Made by a program: the position numbers and the translations under genes. From positions 484,477-548,476 of the forward strand of contig CAVVLJ010000004.1 in the NCBI GenBank assembly GCA_963749075.1: 64,000 nt of DNA, in the 5' to 3' direction. Positions 28,016 through 36,239 of this stretch are shown one piece after another (the first letter of the stretch is position 1; every line of letters begins with the position of its first letter). Below the pieces are notes generated by a model. The model was not told the DNA's origin. It did not search any database and saw only the letters and a program-made list of their open reading frames with translations. This DNA is from an uncultured Pseudomonadota bacterium. GTDB taxonomy: Bacteria; Pseudomonadota; Alphaproteobacteria; JACZXZ01.

Positions 28016-28695
28016 CAACCGACAAGCCGCTTGAGATCGAGGCTGCTGGTCGTACCGGCATGCGTCATCAAGTATCCGACGAGGACGCCGAAGCAGGCCA
28101 CGACGATAAGAAGGTCGAATAGAATGACCATCTCTATCAATAGCGGCATGCCCGGCACCAGTATCTGCGAGCCCAGGAAGATGCCGTTCTCGAGCACGAG
28201 CAAGCCGAGAATCTGGCTGATCGCCTCGTGGCGGACGGCGAGCAGGAGGAAGCCTATGAGCATCATCGACAGCATGACGGTGAGCGCCAAGACGGCGACG
28301 GTGAGCCCGAGATGGAACTCGGTGGCGATCCGGACCGATACGGAGAGCGCGAACATCACGAATATGGCGCCGACGACGAGGCTGGAGCTCGGCTGGAGGA
28401 TGACGTGGATTTCGCGATCGACGTCGAGGCGGCGGATGATCCGCCAGATGAGGTAGGGCAGCAGAAGGCCGCGAAAGAGCAGCGTAAGGATGGCGATGAG
28501 ATAGAGCTCCGGATAGTTGCCGTAATAGCCGACCGCCGCGGAGAGCGCCGCGATGGCCCAGGATTCCGCCGCGAAGGCGTAGAGGTAGTTCTTGAGCCAG
28601 CGCGATCCCAGCATGACGAAAGAGAGAAGCAGGCTGACGATCGCCAGAAGGCTGAAGAGCGAAGAAGCCAACGGGCTGAGTTGCTGGATGAGCAT
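28015..28695 (-). CDS. hyfE: Ehr complex 1: HyfE-like membrane subunit
   Basis: QILGLLVLENGIF, MPLLIEMVILFD, SLDLKRLVG. Confidence 0.88.
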   Translation of the reverse strand: MLIQQLSPLASSLFSLLAIVSLLLSFVMLGSRWLKNYLYAFAAESWAIAALSAAVGYYGNYPELYLIAILTLLFRGLLLPYLIWRIIRRLDVDREIHVILQPSSSLVVGAIFVMFALSVSVRIATEFHLGLTVAVLALTVMLSMMLIGFLLLAVRHEAISQILGLLVLENGIFLGSQILVPGMPLLIEMVILFDLLIVVACFGVLVGYLMTHAGTTSSLDLKRLVG

Positions 28696-28700
28696 GGCCG

Positions 28701-29648
28701 TTAGCTCAACTGGGTGCCGATGATCGAGAGGACCGCGAAGACGAAGGAGGCGGCAAGCGGCTCCTGATATCGATAGAAACGGAGGCGCGATTGGGCGGTC
28801 TCCACGAACACCACGACGCATGCAACCAGAATGAATTTGACGATCAATCCGGCTGCGGCACCCAGTGCGCCGAGCGCCGTGCCCTTGATTGAGAGGCCCC
28901 AGGGCAGCAGCAGCACGTTGCAAAAGATCGTGTAGAGGATGAACTGCTTCATCGCCGACGCCCATTTGAGGAGCGCCAGCAGCGGACCCGAATATTCGAG
29001 GATGCGGCCCTCCTCGATCATGTAGACCTCGATATGGGTGCTCGAATGGATGGGCATCCGGTCGGTTTCGACGAGGAGGAGGATGAAGAAGGCGGCGACG
29101 AGGAAGAGATGCGCCGGGCTGAAATAGACCGCCCAGCTCGACACCAGGAGATGGTTGACGACGAAGGGGAGCATCGCCTTGGCGAGGAGCGTGATGCCGA
29201 CGAACACGAGGATCAGCGTCGGTTCGGCGAGGATCGAGACCATGACGGCGCGGCTCGAGCCGATGCCGCCATAGGCGCTCGCGCTGTCGAGTCCCGCGAG
29301 GATGATCATGAAGGAGCCGAGCGTGAGGATCAGCCCGCCGCCCAGGATGTCGCCCATGTCGGAGAGCGGCAGCGGAAAGTTGGTCAGCACCGGGATGAGG
29401 ATCGGCACCGTGAGCATGCAGCTGAAGGCAACGAGCGGCGTTACCCAGAACAGCCAGGACGCGGTCTCGGGCACCACGATCTGCTTATGGAAGAGCTTCC
29501 ACAGGTCGCGATAGGGCTGGAAGATGCCGGGGCCCTGGGCGCGCTGCACCCGCTCCTCGAACTGGACGATGATACCCTGGATAAGCGGAGCCAGAAGCAG
29601 CACCGTCAGCACTTGCGCGATCTGGAGGAGGATATCCCGCGCGGTCAT
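28701..29648 (-). CDS. hyfC: Ehr complex 1: HyfC/NuoH-like membrane subunit
   Basis: GPGIFQPYRDLWKLFHK, YGGIGSSR, AEP, ETDRMP, LEYSG. Confidence 0.9.
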   Translation of the reverse strand: MTARDILLQIAQVLTVLLLAPLIQGIIVQFEERVQRAQGPGIFQPYRDLWKLFHKQIVVPETASWLFWVTPLVAFSCMLTVPILIPVLTNFPLPLSDMGDILGGGLILTLGSFMIILAGLDSASAYGGIGSSRAVMVSILAEPTLILVFVGITLLAKAMLPFVVNHLLVSSWAVYFSPAHLFLVAAFFILLLVETDRMPIHSSTHIEVYMIEEGRILEYSGPLLALLKWASAMKQFILYTIFCNVLLLPWGLSIKGTALGALGAAAGLIVKFILVACVVVFVETAQSRLRFYRYQEPLAASFVFAVLSIIGTQLS

Positions 29649-29771
29649 GGGCACGTTCCTCCCGCGAGTGCCCGCCGCTTGGCCGGCTCTCCAGGCAAAC
29701 GCGCATGCGTTCTCTCGGGGGGGCGCCGGGGGCCTCTCATGCAAACTTCTCCTGCGTCCATAAGACGCTTA

Positions 29772-29820
29772 GGAGGAGTCATCAGCCCCGAGGGCGGTTA
29801 AATGGCGAACTCCATCGCCG
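29772..29820 (-). ncRNA. Fluoride riboswitch 1 (upstream of Ehr operon 1)
   Basis: GGCGATGGAGTTCGCCATTTAACCGCCCTCGGGGCTGATGACTCCT: P1, GGAGT/ACTCC pseudoknot and GCTGATG core match the crcB motif. Confidence 0.93.
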
Positions 29821-29829
29821 CACGCGCGG

Positions 29830-29858
29830 AGAATGATGAGGTTGAATCGCGTTGTCAA
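29830..29858 (-). promoter_or_regulatory. Sigma70-type promoter for riboswitch 1/Ehr1
   Basis: TTGACA-17 nt-CATTCT, ending ~10 nt before the aptamer. Confidence 0.65.
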
Positions 29859-29927
29859 TAGAGGATCGGCCATGTGCCGGAATCTGTTGACGCCTTGCTC
29901 GAATCGGCGGAGTCTATGTCCCACAAA

Positions 29928-29973
29928 CGGGATGGAGCTCCCCCGATCCGCCAGCATGGCTGATGGCTCCTAC
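29928..29973 (+). ncRNA. Fluoride riboswitch 2 (upstream of 136-aa hypothetical)
   Basis: CGGGATGGAGCTCCCCCGATCCGCCAGCATGGCTGATGGCTCCTAC, with a covarying GGAGC/GCTCC pseudoknot. Confidence 0.88.
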
Positions 29974-30002
29974 GGCGTCGAGCACGCGGTAGGGGCTTTT
30001 TT
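29966..30002 (+). terminator. Riboswitch-2 intrinsic terminator overlapping the aptamer 3' end
   Basis: GCTCCTAC...GTAGGGGC stem followed by TTTTTT. Confidence 0.85.
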
Positions 30003-30140
30003 GTTGCCCCGGCCGGCCGGCGCCCTCCCGAGAGCGGCAAAGCGCCGCAGGAGCGCGACAATATGCGCATGTCCACAGAAGCCAGGCGGAACGGCGGCCG
30101 CAAGCGCGCAAAGATGACAGCCTCAGGACGGTGCATCTAG

Positions 30141-30551
30141 ATGCGCGGTCTGCACAGCCGCTCGTTCTTCTGGCGGTGGCAGGCGGTCTACGCCGCCTCG
30201 AATCCGGGGCATCTCAAGGATCGCTGGGAGGTCGACGGCGTGGCTTGGACGAAGGAGCGGCACGCCTACTGGGGCCACTCGTACTCCGTCCAGCTCGAGG
30301 TCCACCGCTTGGAGCGCAAAAGCGGCGCGAAAGTCGATTGGCGCATGCTGGTGGTGATCGAGCGGTGGTGGGGGCCGGACCGCGAGAAAAGCATCCGGGT
30401 TACCTCCTGGTGCAAGTTGATCAGCGGACGGCCGGAAAGGGTCCTGGCGTGGCTGCGCAAGCAGGACGCCGAGCGGGTCGAGCCCATCGCAGCCGGGGAA
30501 GAATTCGGAACCGCCCTAGAGGACGCGCTCGGCCATGAGCACGACGTTTGA
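30141..30551 (+). CDS. Uncharacterised Trp-rich 136-aa protein
   Basis: Coding-like ORF directly downstream of riboswitch 2; AGGA upstream; no recognised family. Confidence 0.75.
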   Translation: MRGLHSRSFFWRWQAVYAASNPGHLKDRWEVDGVAWTKERHAYWGHSYSVQLEVHRLERKSGAKVDWRMLVVIERWWGPDREKSIRVTSWCKLISGRPERVLAWLRKQDAERVEPIAAGEEFGTALEDALGHEHDV

Positions 30552-30618
30552 GGCCAATGGGCATCCGGGCGAGGCGAAAGGTCCCGCGGATCGGGCGGCC
30601 CGGCCGCGACGCGCGATG

Positions 30619-31242
30619 TCAGCCGATCGCGTCCAAATGGCGCGTCTCGTTGACCCTCAGCACGCGAATGCGCGCGTCCACGATGTCGATCTCATTGACG
30701 GCGCAAGGGCTCTGCACGATCCGCCAATAGGCGGAGAGCGGCTGATCGAGAAGCTGCAGGAGCAAGCATCGGTTGACGCTGTCATGACCCACGAGCACCA
30801 CGGTCTCCGCCGCTTGCGGATGACGCGAGATGACGGTGCGCAGTGCATCGGCGGTACGCGCCGCGAGATCCTGAAGGGAGTCGCCGCCGGGAAGGCGCAT
30901 GAGATGCGGCGCAGCGTACCAGAGATCGAGGAGCCCCGGCGAAACGGCGCGCACCTCTTCGGGAGTCCGCCATTGCCACTGCCCGTAGTGCAGGTCGTTG
31001 AGGTCCTCGAGGACCCGGCTCGCGACGCGGCATGCCTTGGCGATCGCGTCGCCCGTGTCGACGCAACGGCTCAGCGGGCTCGTATAGACCGCGCTCGGCG
31101 TCCATGCCGCGGCGACACGAGCGGCAACCGCTTTTGCCTGCGCGCGGCCGAGATCGGTCAAAGGGACGTCGGTCCGGCCGCGGAAACGCTCCGGGCTGAT
31201 CCCCTCGACATGACCGTGACGGGTGAGGATTATCTTCGTCAT
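30619..31242 (-). CDS. Histidine phosphatase (PGM-like) family protein
   Basis: LTRHG, FRGRTDVPLT, SPLSRCVDT, VLVGHDSVNR, VNETRHL. Confidence 0.93.
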   Translation of the reverse strand: MTKIILTRHGHVEGISPERFRGRTDVPLTDLGRAQAKAVAARVAAAWTPSAVYTSPLSRCVDTGDAIAKACRVASRVLEDLNDLHYGQWQWRTPEEVRAVSPGLLDLWYAAPHLMRLPGGDSLQDLAARTADALRTVISRHPQAAETVVLVGHDSVNRCLLLQLLDQPLSAYWRIVQSPCAVNEIDIVDARIRVLRVNETRHLDAIG

Positions 31243-31275
31243 CTGCGCACCTATGCCGGCGTCGAAGTCGCCATC

Positions 31276-32355
31276 CTAGTGTACCGACTCTAAGGTTTGT
31301 CGCCCCCGAGCGACCTTTTGCAGGATATCGGCGGCGGGGGCAGTCCACACGAAGGGTTTTGGATCGGCATTGTGATGCTCCAAGTAGTCTTGAATGGCGG
31401 CTTCGAGTTCGCCGACGCTTTTGAAGACGCCGCGGCGGATGCGGTCCTCAGTGATCAGGGCGAAAAAGCGTTCGACTTGGTTGAGCCAAGATGCCGAAGT
31501 CGGGGTGAAGTGCATGTGGAAGCGGGGATGCTTGGCCAACCACGCTTTGACCGCCGGGTGCTTATGGGTGGCGTAATTGTCGGCGATCAGGTGCAGCGCG
31601 AGCGCCTTGGGTGTGCTGCGGTCGATGGTGCGCAGGAAACGCCGCCATTCCTGGTGGCGATGCCGCTTCATGCATCGCCCGATCACTTGACCGGTGGCGA
31701 CGTCGAGCGCGGCGAACAAGGTCGTCGTGCCGTGGCGCTTGTAGTCGTGGGTCATCGTTCCGGCCCGCCCCTTCTTCATTGGCAAGCCCGGTTGCGTCCG
31801 GTCAAGCGCTTGGATCTGGCTCTTCTCATCGACCGAGAGCACGAGGGCCTTGTCCGGCGGGGTCAAATAGAGGCCAACGACATCCACAACCTTGTCGACG
31901 AACTGCTTGTCGTTGGACAGCTTGAACGTCTTCGCCAGATGCGGCTTGAGGCCGTGGGCGGCCCAGATGCGCTGCACGCTTGTGTGGCTCAGCCCGACCG
32001 CCCGGGCAAGGCTGCGCGCGCTCCACTGCGTGGCCGCCGGCGGCGTCTCGTGCAGCGTCATAGCAACCACCCGCTCAATCACCGCCGCGCTCAACGGCTT
32101 CTTACGGCCAGGCCGGCTGGCATCGCGCTCAAGCCCCCGAACGCCGCGCTCGACGTAGCGGGCGCGCCAGCGATAGGCGGTCTTCTTGGTCTTGCCGGTC
32201 GCCCGCACAATCGCCGTCACGCCGGCTCCGGCAGCCCACATCAGCACGATCCGCGCCCGCCACGCCAGCTTCTGTGGCGTGTTCCGGCCCGCTACCCAGC
32301 CGTCCAGCCGCCCCCGGTCCTCGGGAGATAGCCAGATGCAACATCCACCTTCCAT
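31276..32355 (-). CDS. IS630 transposase
   Basis: DEKSQIQALDR, HDYKRHGTTTLFAAL, DNYATHK, SWLNQVERFF; its stop codon uses the target TA. Confidence 0.97.
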   Translation of the reverse strand: MEGGCCIWLSPEDRGRLDGWVAGRNTPQKLAWRARIVLMWAAGAGVTAIVRATGKTKKTAYRWRARYVERGVRGLERDASRPGRKKPLSAAVIERVVAMTLHETPPAATQWSARSLARAVGLSHTSVQRIWAAHGLKPHLAKTFKLSNDKQFVDKVVDVVGLYLTPPDKALVLSVDEKSQIQALDRTQPGLPMKKGRAGTMTHDYKRHGTTTLFAALDVATGQVIGRCMKRHRHQEWRRFLRTIDRSTPKALALHLIADNYATHKHPAVKAWLAKHPRFHMHFTPTSASWLNQVERFFALITEDRIRRGVFKSVGELEAAIQDYLEHHNADPKPFVWTAPAADILQKVARGRQTLESVH

Positions 32356-32413
32356 GCCCCGAGATTCGCATCCCCGCGCAACTCAGGGAATCCTTTTGTT
32401 AGTGCCGGTACAC
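31279..32413 (-). mobile_element. IS630-family insertion sequence with TA duplication
   Basis: TIRs GTGTACCGACTCTAA / GTGTACCGGCACTAA, flanked by TA at 31277-78 and 32414-15. Confidence 0.93.
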
Positions 32414-32611
32414 TAGCAGCGGCACTTCGATCGCGTCCTCCATTCGGAGTTTGACCGCCGGCGCTCGCCTGAGGCTGGGGCGCCTTCGCAGTCCGGCCGT
32501 GGGACGCGTCGCTCCCGCCGCAATAGCGGCCTAGCGTCCGACGGCCGACGGAAGATGCGATTTTTGCCCAGCTGTTTTGCGGGGAAAAAGGTGCTATATA
32601 TAAGGCGGCCA

Positions 32612-32658
32612 GGGGATGGAGTCCCCCAATCATTGCCGGGAAGGCTGATGACTCCTGC
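32612..32658 (+). ncRNA. Fluoride riboswitch 3 (upstream of MutS-like pair)
   Basis: GGGGATGGAGTCCCCCAATCATTGCCGGGAAGGCTGATGACTCCTGC. Confidence 0.9.
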
Positions 32659-32693
32659 TGCGTTGGAAACACGCGGTGGGGGCATTTCGGCGG

Positions 32694-32717
32694 CCCACCG
32701 CTTGCGGTGGGTTTTTT
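32694..32717 (+). terminator. Riboswitch-3 terminator, with competing antiterminator arm at 32673-32680
   Basis: CCCACCG-CTTG-CGGTGGG + TTTTTT; a duplicate GCGGTGGG lies upstream. Confidence 0.85.
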
Positions 32718-32835
32718 GTTGCCCCCAGGAAGGGCCCGAGCGGTGAGCGAAACGGCTCGACGAGATACCGGCGCCAAGTTGCGGCCGCCACGCGGCCCGC
32801 GCTCCGACCCCAGCGGGTTACCGGCGGCCGTGCGC

Positions 32836-34425
32836 ATGAGCGAAGAACCGCCGGCTGTTGCAGATGGGCAGCCCGCCTGCGGCGCCGGCACGACTTTCCG
32901 CAGCATACTCTTTGAACGGGAGGAAGAGGGCGTCGAGAGTGCCAAGGCCGCGGCGCCCGCCTTCTTCGTCAATCTCAATCTCGACCAGATCGTCGCGGCC
33001 ATCACCGCGGGCAAGGAGGACTATGATCTCAAGCCCTTCTTCCACGCGCCCTTGAAGAGCATCAGCGCCATCAAGTACCGCCACGACGTCCTGCGGGACC
33101 TCGGCAACGTCGCGCTGCTCGAGCGCGTAAAGGCGTTCGCGCAAAGAATGCGCGATATGCGGGAGCACCTCGCGCAGGCGGAGAAGCTGCGCTACAAACA
33201 TCAGAAGGACTGCTGGTTCCTGGACGCCGCGGAGATTTACTGCGACGCCGTCGGCCGCCTGACGCGGGACTTGTCCCTCGGGGCGCCGGCATCGCGCGGA
33301 TTTCTCGGCTTGCGCGAATATCTGACGGCCTACAGCGCATCCGTCCGCTTCACGTCGCTTCTGGCGGAAACGCGGAAACTCAAGGCCGACTTGTCTGCCG
33401 TAAGATACTCCGTGCTCATCAAGGGCGCCGGCTTTACGGTCCGCCGCTACGGCTCCGAGGCCGATTACAGTGCCGATGTCGATGAAACATTCGCGAAGTT
33501 CAAACAAGGGGCCGCAAAAGATTATTTGGTGAAATTCTCCGCTCCCGTTGAGATGAATCATATCGAAGCGAAAATCTTGGACTTCGTCGCGCAACTATAC
33601 GACGAGACGTTTCGGAGCCTCGCCGAATATCATGCCAGAAACAGCGGTTATCTCGATGCGACGATCGCGACGTTCGACCGAGAGATCCAGTTTTATGTCG
33701 CGCATCTCGAGCACGTGGCACTCCTCGAGCGCGCCGGACTGAAGTTCTGCTATCCGAAGATCTCGGACGGCGACAAGGAAGTTTATGACTTCGAGGGCTT
33801 CGATTTGGCCTTGGCTCATAAACTCGCCGGAGAAAGCGCGTCCGTCGTGTGCAACGATTTCCACCTGAAGGGCAAGGAGCGGATATTCGTCGTGACCGGC
33901 CCGAATCAGGGCGGCAAAACGACGTTCGCCCGGACGTTCGGACAGCTCCACTATCTGGGGAGCCTGGGCTGTCTCGTTCCCGGGCGCGACGCGCGGCTAT
34001 TCCTTTTCGACAACATCTTCACGCATTTCGAGAAGGAAGAGGACATCAAGACGCTCCGCGGCAAGCTGGAAGACGACCTGATCCGGATTCGCGCGATCCT
34101 CGATCGGGCCACGCCCAGAAGCATCGTCATCATGAACGAGATTTTCACGTCGACGACGCTGAGCGATGCGATCTTTCTCAGCCGGATGGTGATGGAGCGC
34201 GTGCTCGAGCTCGATCTGCTCGGCATATGCGTGACGTTCATCGACGAGCTCGCCTCGCTCGGCGAGAAAACCGTGAGCGTCGCCAGCACGGTGGTTCCGG
34301 ACAATCCCGCACAGCGGACATTCAAGATCGTACGAAAGCCCGCCGATGGGCTGGCCTATGCCATGGCGATCGCCGAGAAGCGCGGGCTGACCTACGGCCG
34401 GCTGAAGGAGCGCATAAAGCCGTGA
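32836..34425 (+). CDS. MutS-related (domain V ATPase) protein A
   Basis: VTGPNQGGKTT, FTHFEKEED, GKLEDDL, MNEIFTST, VTFIDEL; no mismatch-binding domain I. Confidence 0.92.
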   Translation: MSEEPPAVADGQPACGAGTTFRSILFEREEEGVESAKAAAPAFFVNLNLDQIVAAITAGKEDYDLKPFFHAPLKSISAIKYRHDVLRDLGNVALLERVKAFAQRMRDMREHLAQAEKLRYKHQKDCWFLDAAEIYCDAVGRLTRDLSLGAPASRGFLGLREYLTAYSASVRFTSLLAETRKLKADLSAVRYSVLIKGAGFTVRRYGSEADYSADVDETFAKFKQGAAKDYLVKFSAPVEMNHIEAKILDFVAQLYDETFRSLAEYHARNSGYLDATIATFDREIQFYVAHLEHVALLERAGLKFCYPKISDGDKEVYDFEGFDLALAHKLAGESASVVCNDFHLKGKERIFVVTGPNQGGKTTFARTFGQLHYLGSLGCLVPGRDARLFLFDNIFTHFEKEEDIKTLRGKLEDDLIRIRAILDRATPRSIVIMNEIFTSTTLSDAIFLSRMVMERVLELDLLGICVTFIDELASLGEKTVSVASTVVPDNPAQRTFKIVRKPADGLAYAMAIAEKRGLTYGRLKERIKP

Positions 34426-35933
34426 AAGCGTTCCTCCTCTACAAGGATCGGGATCTCGATCTGCGGCGGGAATTGCCGCGGAGCGAGCAGGCGCTTACTC
34501 AGGACCTGGCGTTGCACACGCTGCTCGATGGCATGGCGCAGGGCGACAAGTTTCTATTCGAGGTGGCGAGGAAGGCCGTCTTCTTCGGTCTGACGGAGCC
34601 GGGCGAAATACGGTATCGCCAGCATGTCCTTAAGGATTGCCTGAAGAACGCGTCCGTCGTCAGGGCGATGTACGATATCGCGGTCGAGGCGATCGAAGGC
34701 GAGAGGAAGCATTATTGGGGCTTTTCGAGCAGATATCCCGGCGGCATATTGCATGGCGCGGTGGACGCGCTGCAGCTGTTCGTGGGCCATCTCGCAAGCC
34801 TGAGGGCCCTCGCCGATCAGCATGCCGGCAGATTCGAGTCCGAGGGCTTCACGACGCTCTTCGCGACGCTCAAGACGGAACTCAGCGACGAATATTTTGC
34901 CGTCATCAAGGATCATCTGCGGCAGCTCAAATTCCGCGACGGGGTCCTTGTCAGCGCGGAGCTGGGAAAAGGCAATAAAGGCGCGCGCTACGTGCTGCGC
35001 AAGTCCCGCGACCGCAATCCGGGCTGGATCGCGCGCATTTTCGCGCGGAAGCCCCCCGCCTATACGTTTTACCTCCATCCTCGCGATGAGGCGGGCGCCA
35101 GGGCGCTCTCGGATTTAAGGGACCGCGGCATCAATCTCGTCGCCAACGCCCTGGCCCAGTCGACCGATCATATTCTCAGCTTTTTTGCCATGCTGCGGAC
35201 CGAGTTGGCGTTCTATGTCGGTTGTCTGAACTTGCATGGCCGCCTCGCCGAAAAAGGGGAGGCGACGTGCTTTCCCGAGCCGGCGCCCGCCCAAGAGCGC
35301 AGACACTCGTTCAGCGGTTTGTACGACGTCTGCCTCTCCTTGAGCCTGGATCGCAGGGTCGTTGGCAACGACGTGGAGGGGGACGATAAGGAACTCGTGT
35401 TCATCACGGGCGCCAACCAGGGCGGCAAATCGACCTTCCTGCGAAGCATCGGGCTGGCCCAATTGATGATGCAATGCGGCATGTTCGTGCCGGCGGCCTC
35501 CTTCCGCGCCAACGTCTGCGCGGGCGTCTTCACGCATTACAAGCGCGAAGAGGACCCTGGCATGGAGAGCGGAAAATTCGACGAGGAGCTCGGCCGAATG
35601 AGCGCCATCGTCGACCACCTTTCGCCGAATGCCATGGTGCTGTTCAACGAGTCGTTCGCCGCGACGAACGAACGAGAAGGCTCGGAGATCGCGCGGCAGA
35701 TCGCGACGGCGCTGCTCGAGAAGCGCATCAAGATTTTCTTCGTGACGCACCTCTACGAGTTGGCGCACGGCTTCTTCGTCAAAGGCGCGCGGAACACCGC
35801 CTTTTTGCGCGCCGAGAGACAAACCGACGGAGGGCGCACCTTCAAACTGATCGAAGGCGAGCCATTGGAGACCAGTTACGGAGAGGATTTGTATCGCAGG
35901 ATATTCTCCGTCGAGGAGCCGGCGACCGGATGA
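34422..35933 (+). CDS. MutS-related (domain V ATPase) protein B
   Basis: ITGANQGGKST, FTHYKREED, GKFDEEL, FNESFAATNEREG, VTHLYEL; GTGA overlap with A. Confidence 0.92.
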   Translation: MKAFLLYKDRDLDLRRELPRSEQALTQDLALHTLLDGMAQGDKFLFEVARKAVFFGLTEPGEIRYRQHVLKDCLKNASVVRAMYDIAVEAIEGERKHYWGFSSRYPGGILHGAVDALQLFVGHLASLRALADQHAGRFESEGFTTLFATLKTELSDEYFAVIKDHLRQLKFRDGVLVSAELGKGNKGARYVLRKSRDRNPGWIARIFARKPPAYTFYLHPRDEAGARALSDLRDRGINLVANALAQSTDHILSFFAMLRTELAFYVGCLNLHGRLAEKGEATCFPEPAPAQERRHSFSGLYDVCLSLSLDRRVVGNDVEGDDKELVFITGANQGGKSTFLRSIGLAQLMMQCGMFVPAASFRANVCAGVFTHYKREEDPGMESGKFDEELGRMSAIVDHLSPNAMVLFNESFAATNEREGSEIARQIATALLEKRIKIFFVTHLYELAHGFFVKGARNTAFLRAERQTDGGRTFKLIEGEPLETSYGEDLYRRIFSVEEPATG

Positions 35934-36239
35934 CGGGAAAATCGGCCGTCGAGCATCCGGCGTTCGAGGCTGCAAGCGGGTTAGGTCGGCGCCAGCCGCG
36001 AACGGGGGCGCCGGGCGCGCCGCGCGGGCCCACATCGGGGCACTTGCCGAGCTCGCGCCCGACAAATGCGAGGAGACGTTCGTTTGGCGCGGCCGGGAGC
36101 GCTTTGCCGACCGGCAGTTCGTCCGCCTTCGACATTGGCGCCGTGCCGCAAGCCAACCGGGAGTCGAGGCAGCTGCTCCATTGCCGGCCTTCGGCAGGGA
36201 AAGCCGCGCTCAGTCTCTCCCTCGCAGGCATCCATGCAT

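Noticed and set aside
32591-32606. NrdR box GTGCTATATATAAGGC
   Set aside because: Lacks the conserved G; better explained as the -10 region of the riboswitch-3 promoter.
32836-35933. Canonical MutS1/MutS2
   Set aside because: About 500-530 aa with no mismatch-binding or Smr domain; only the ATPase region is MutS-like.
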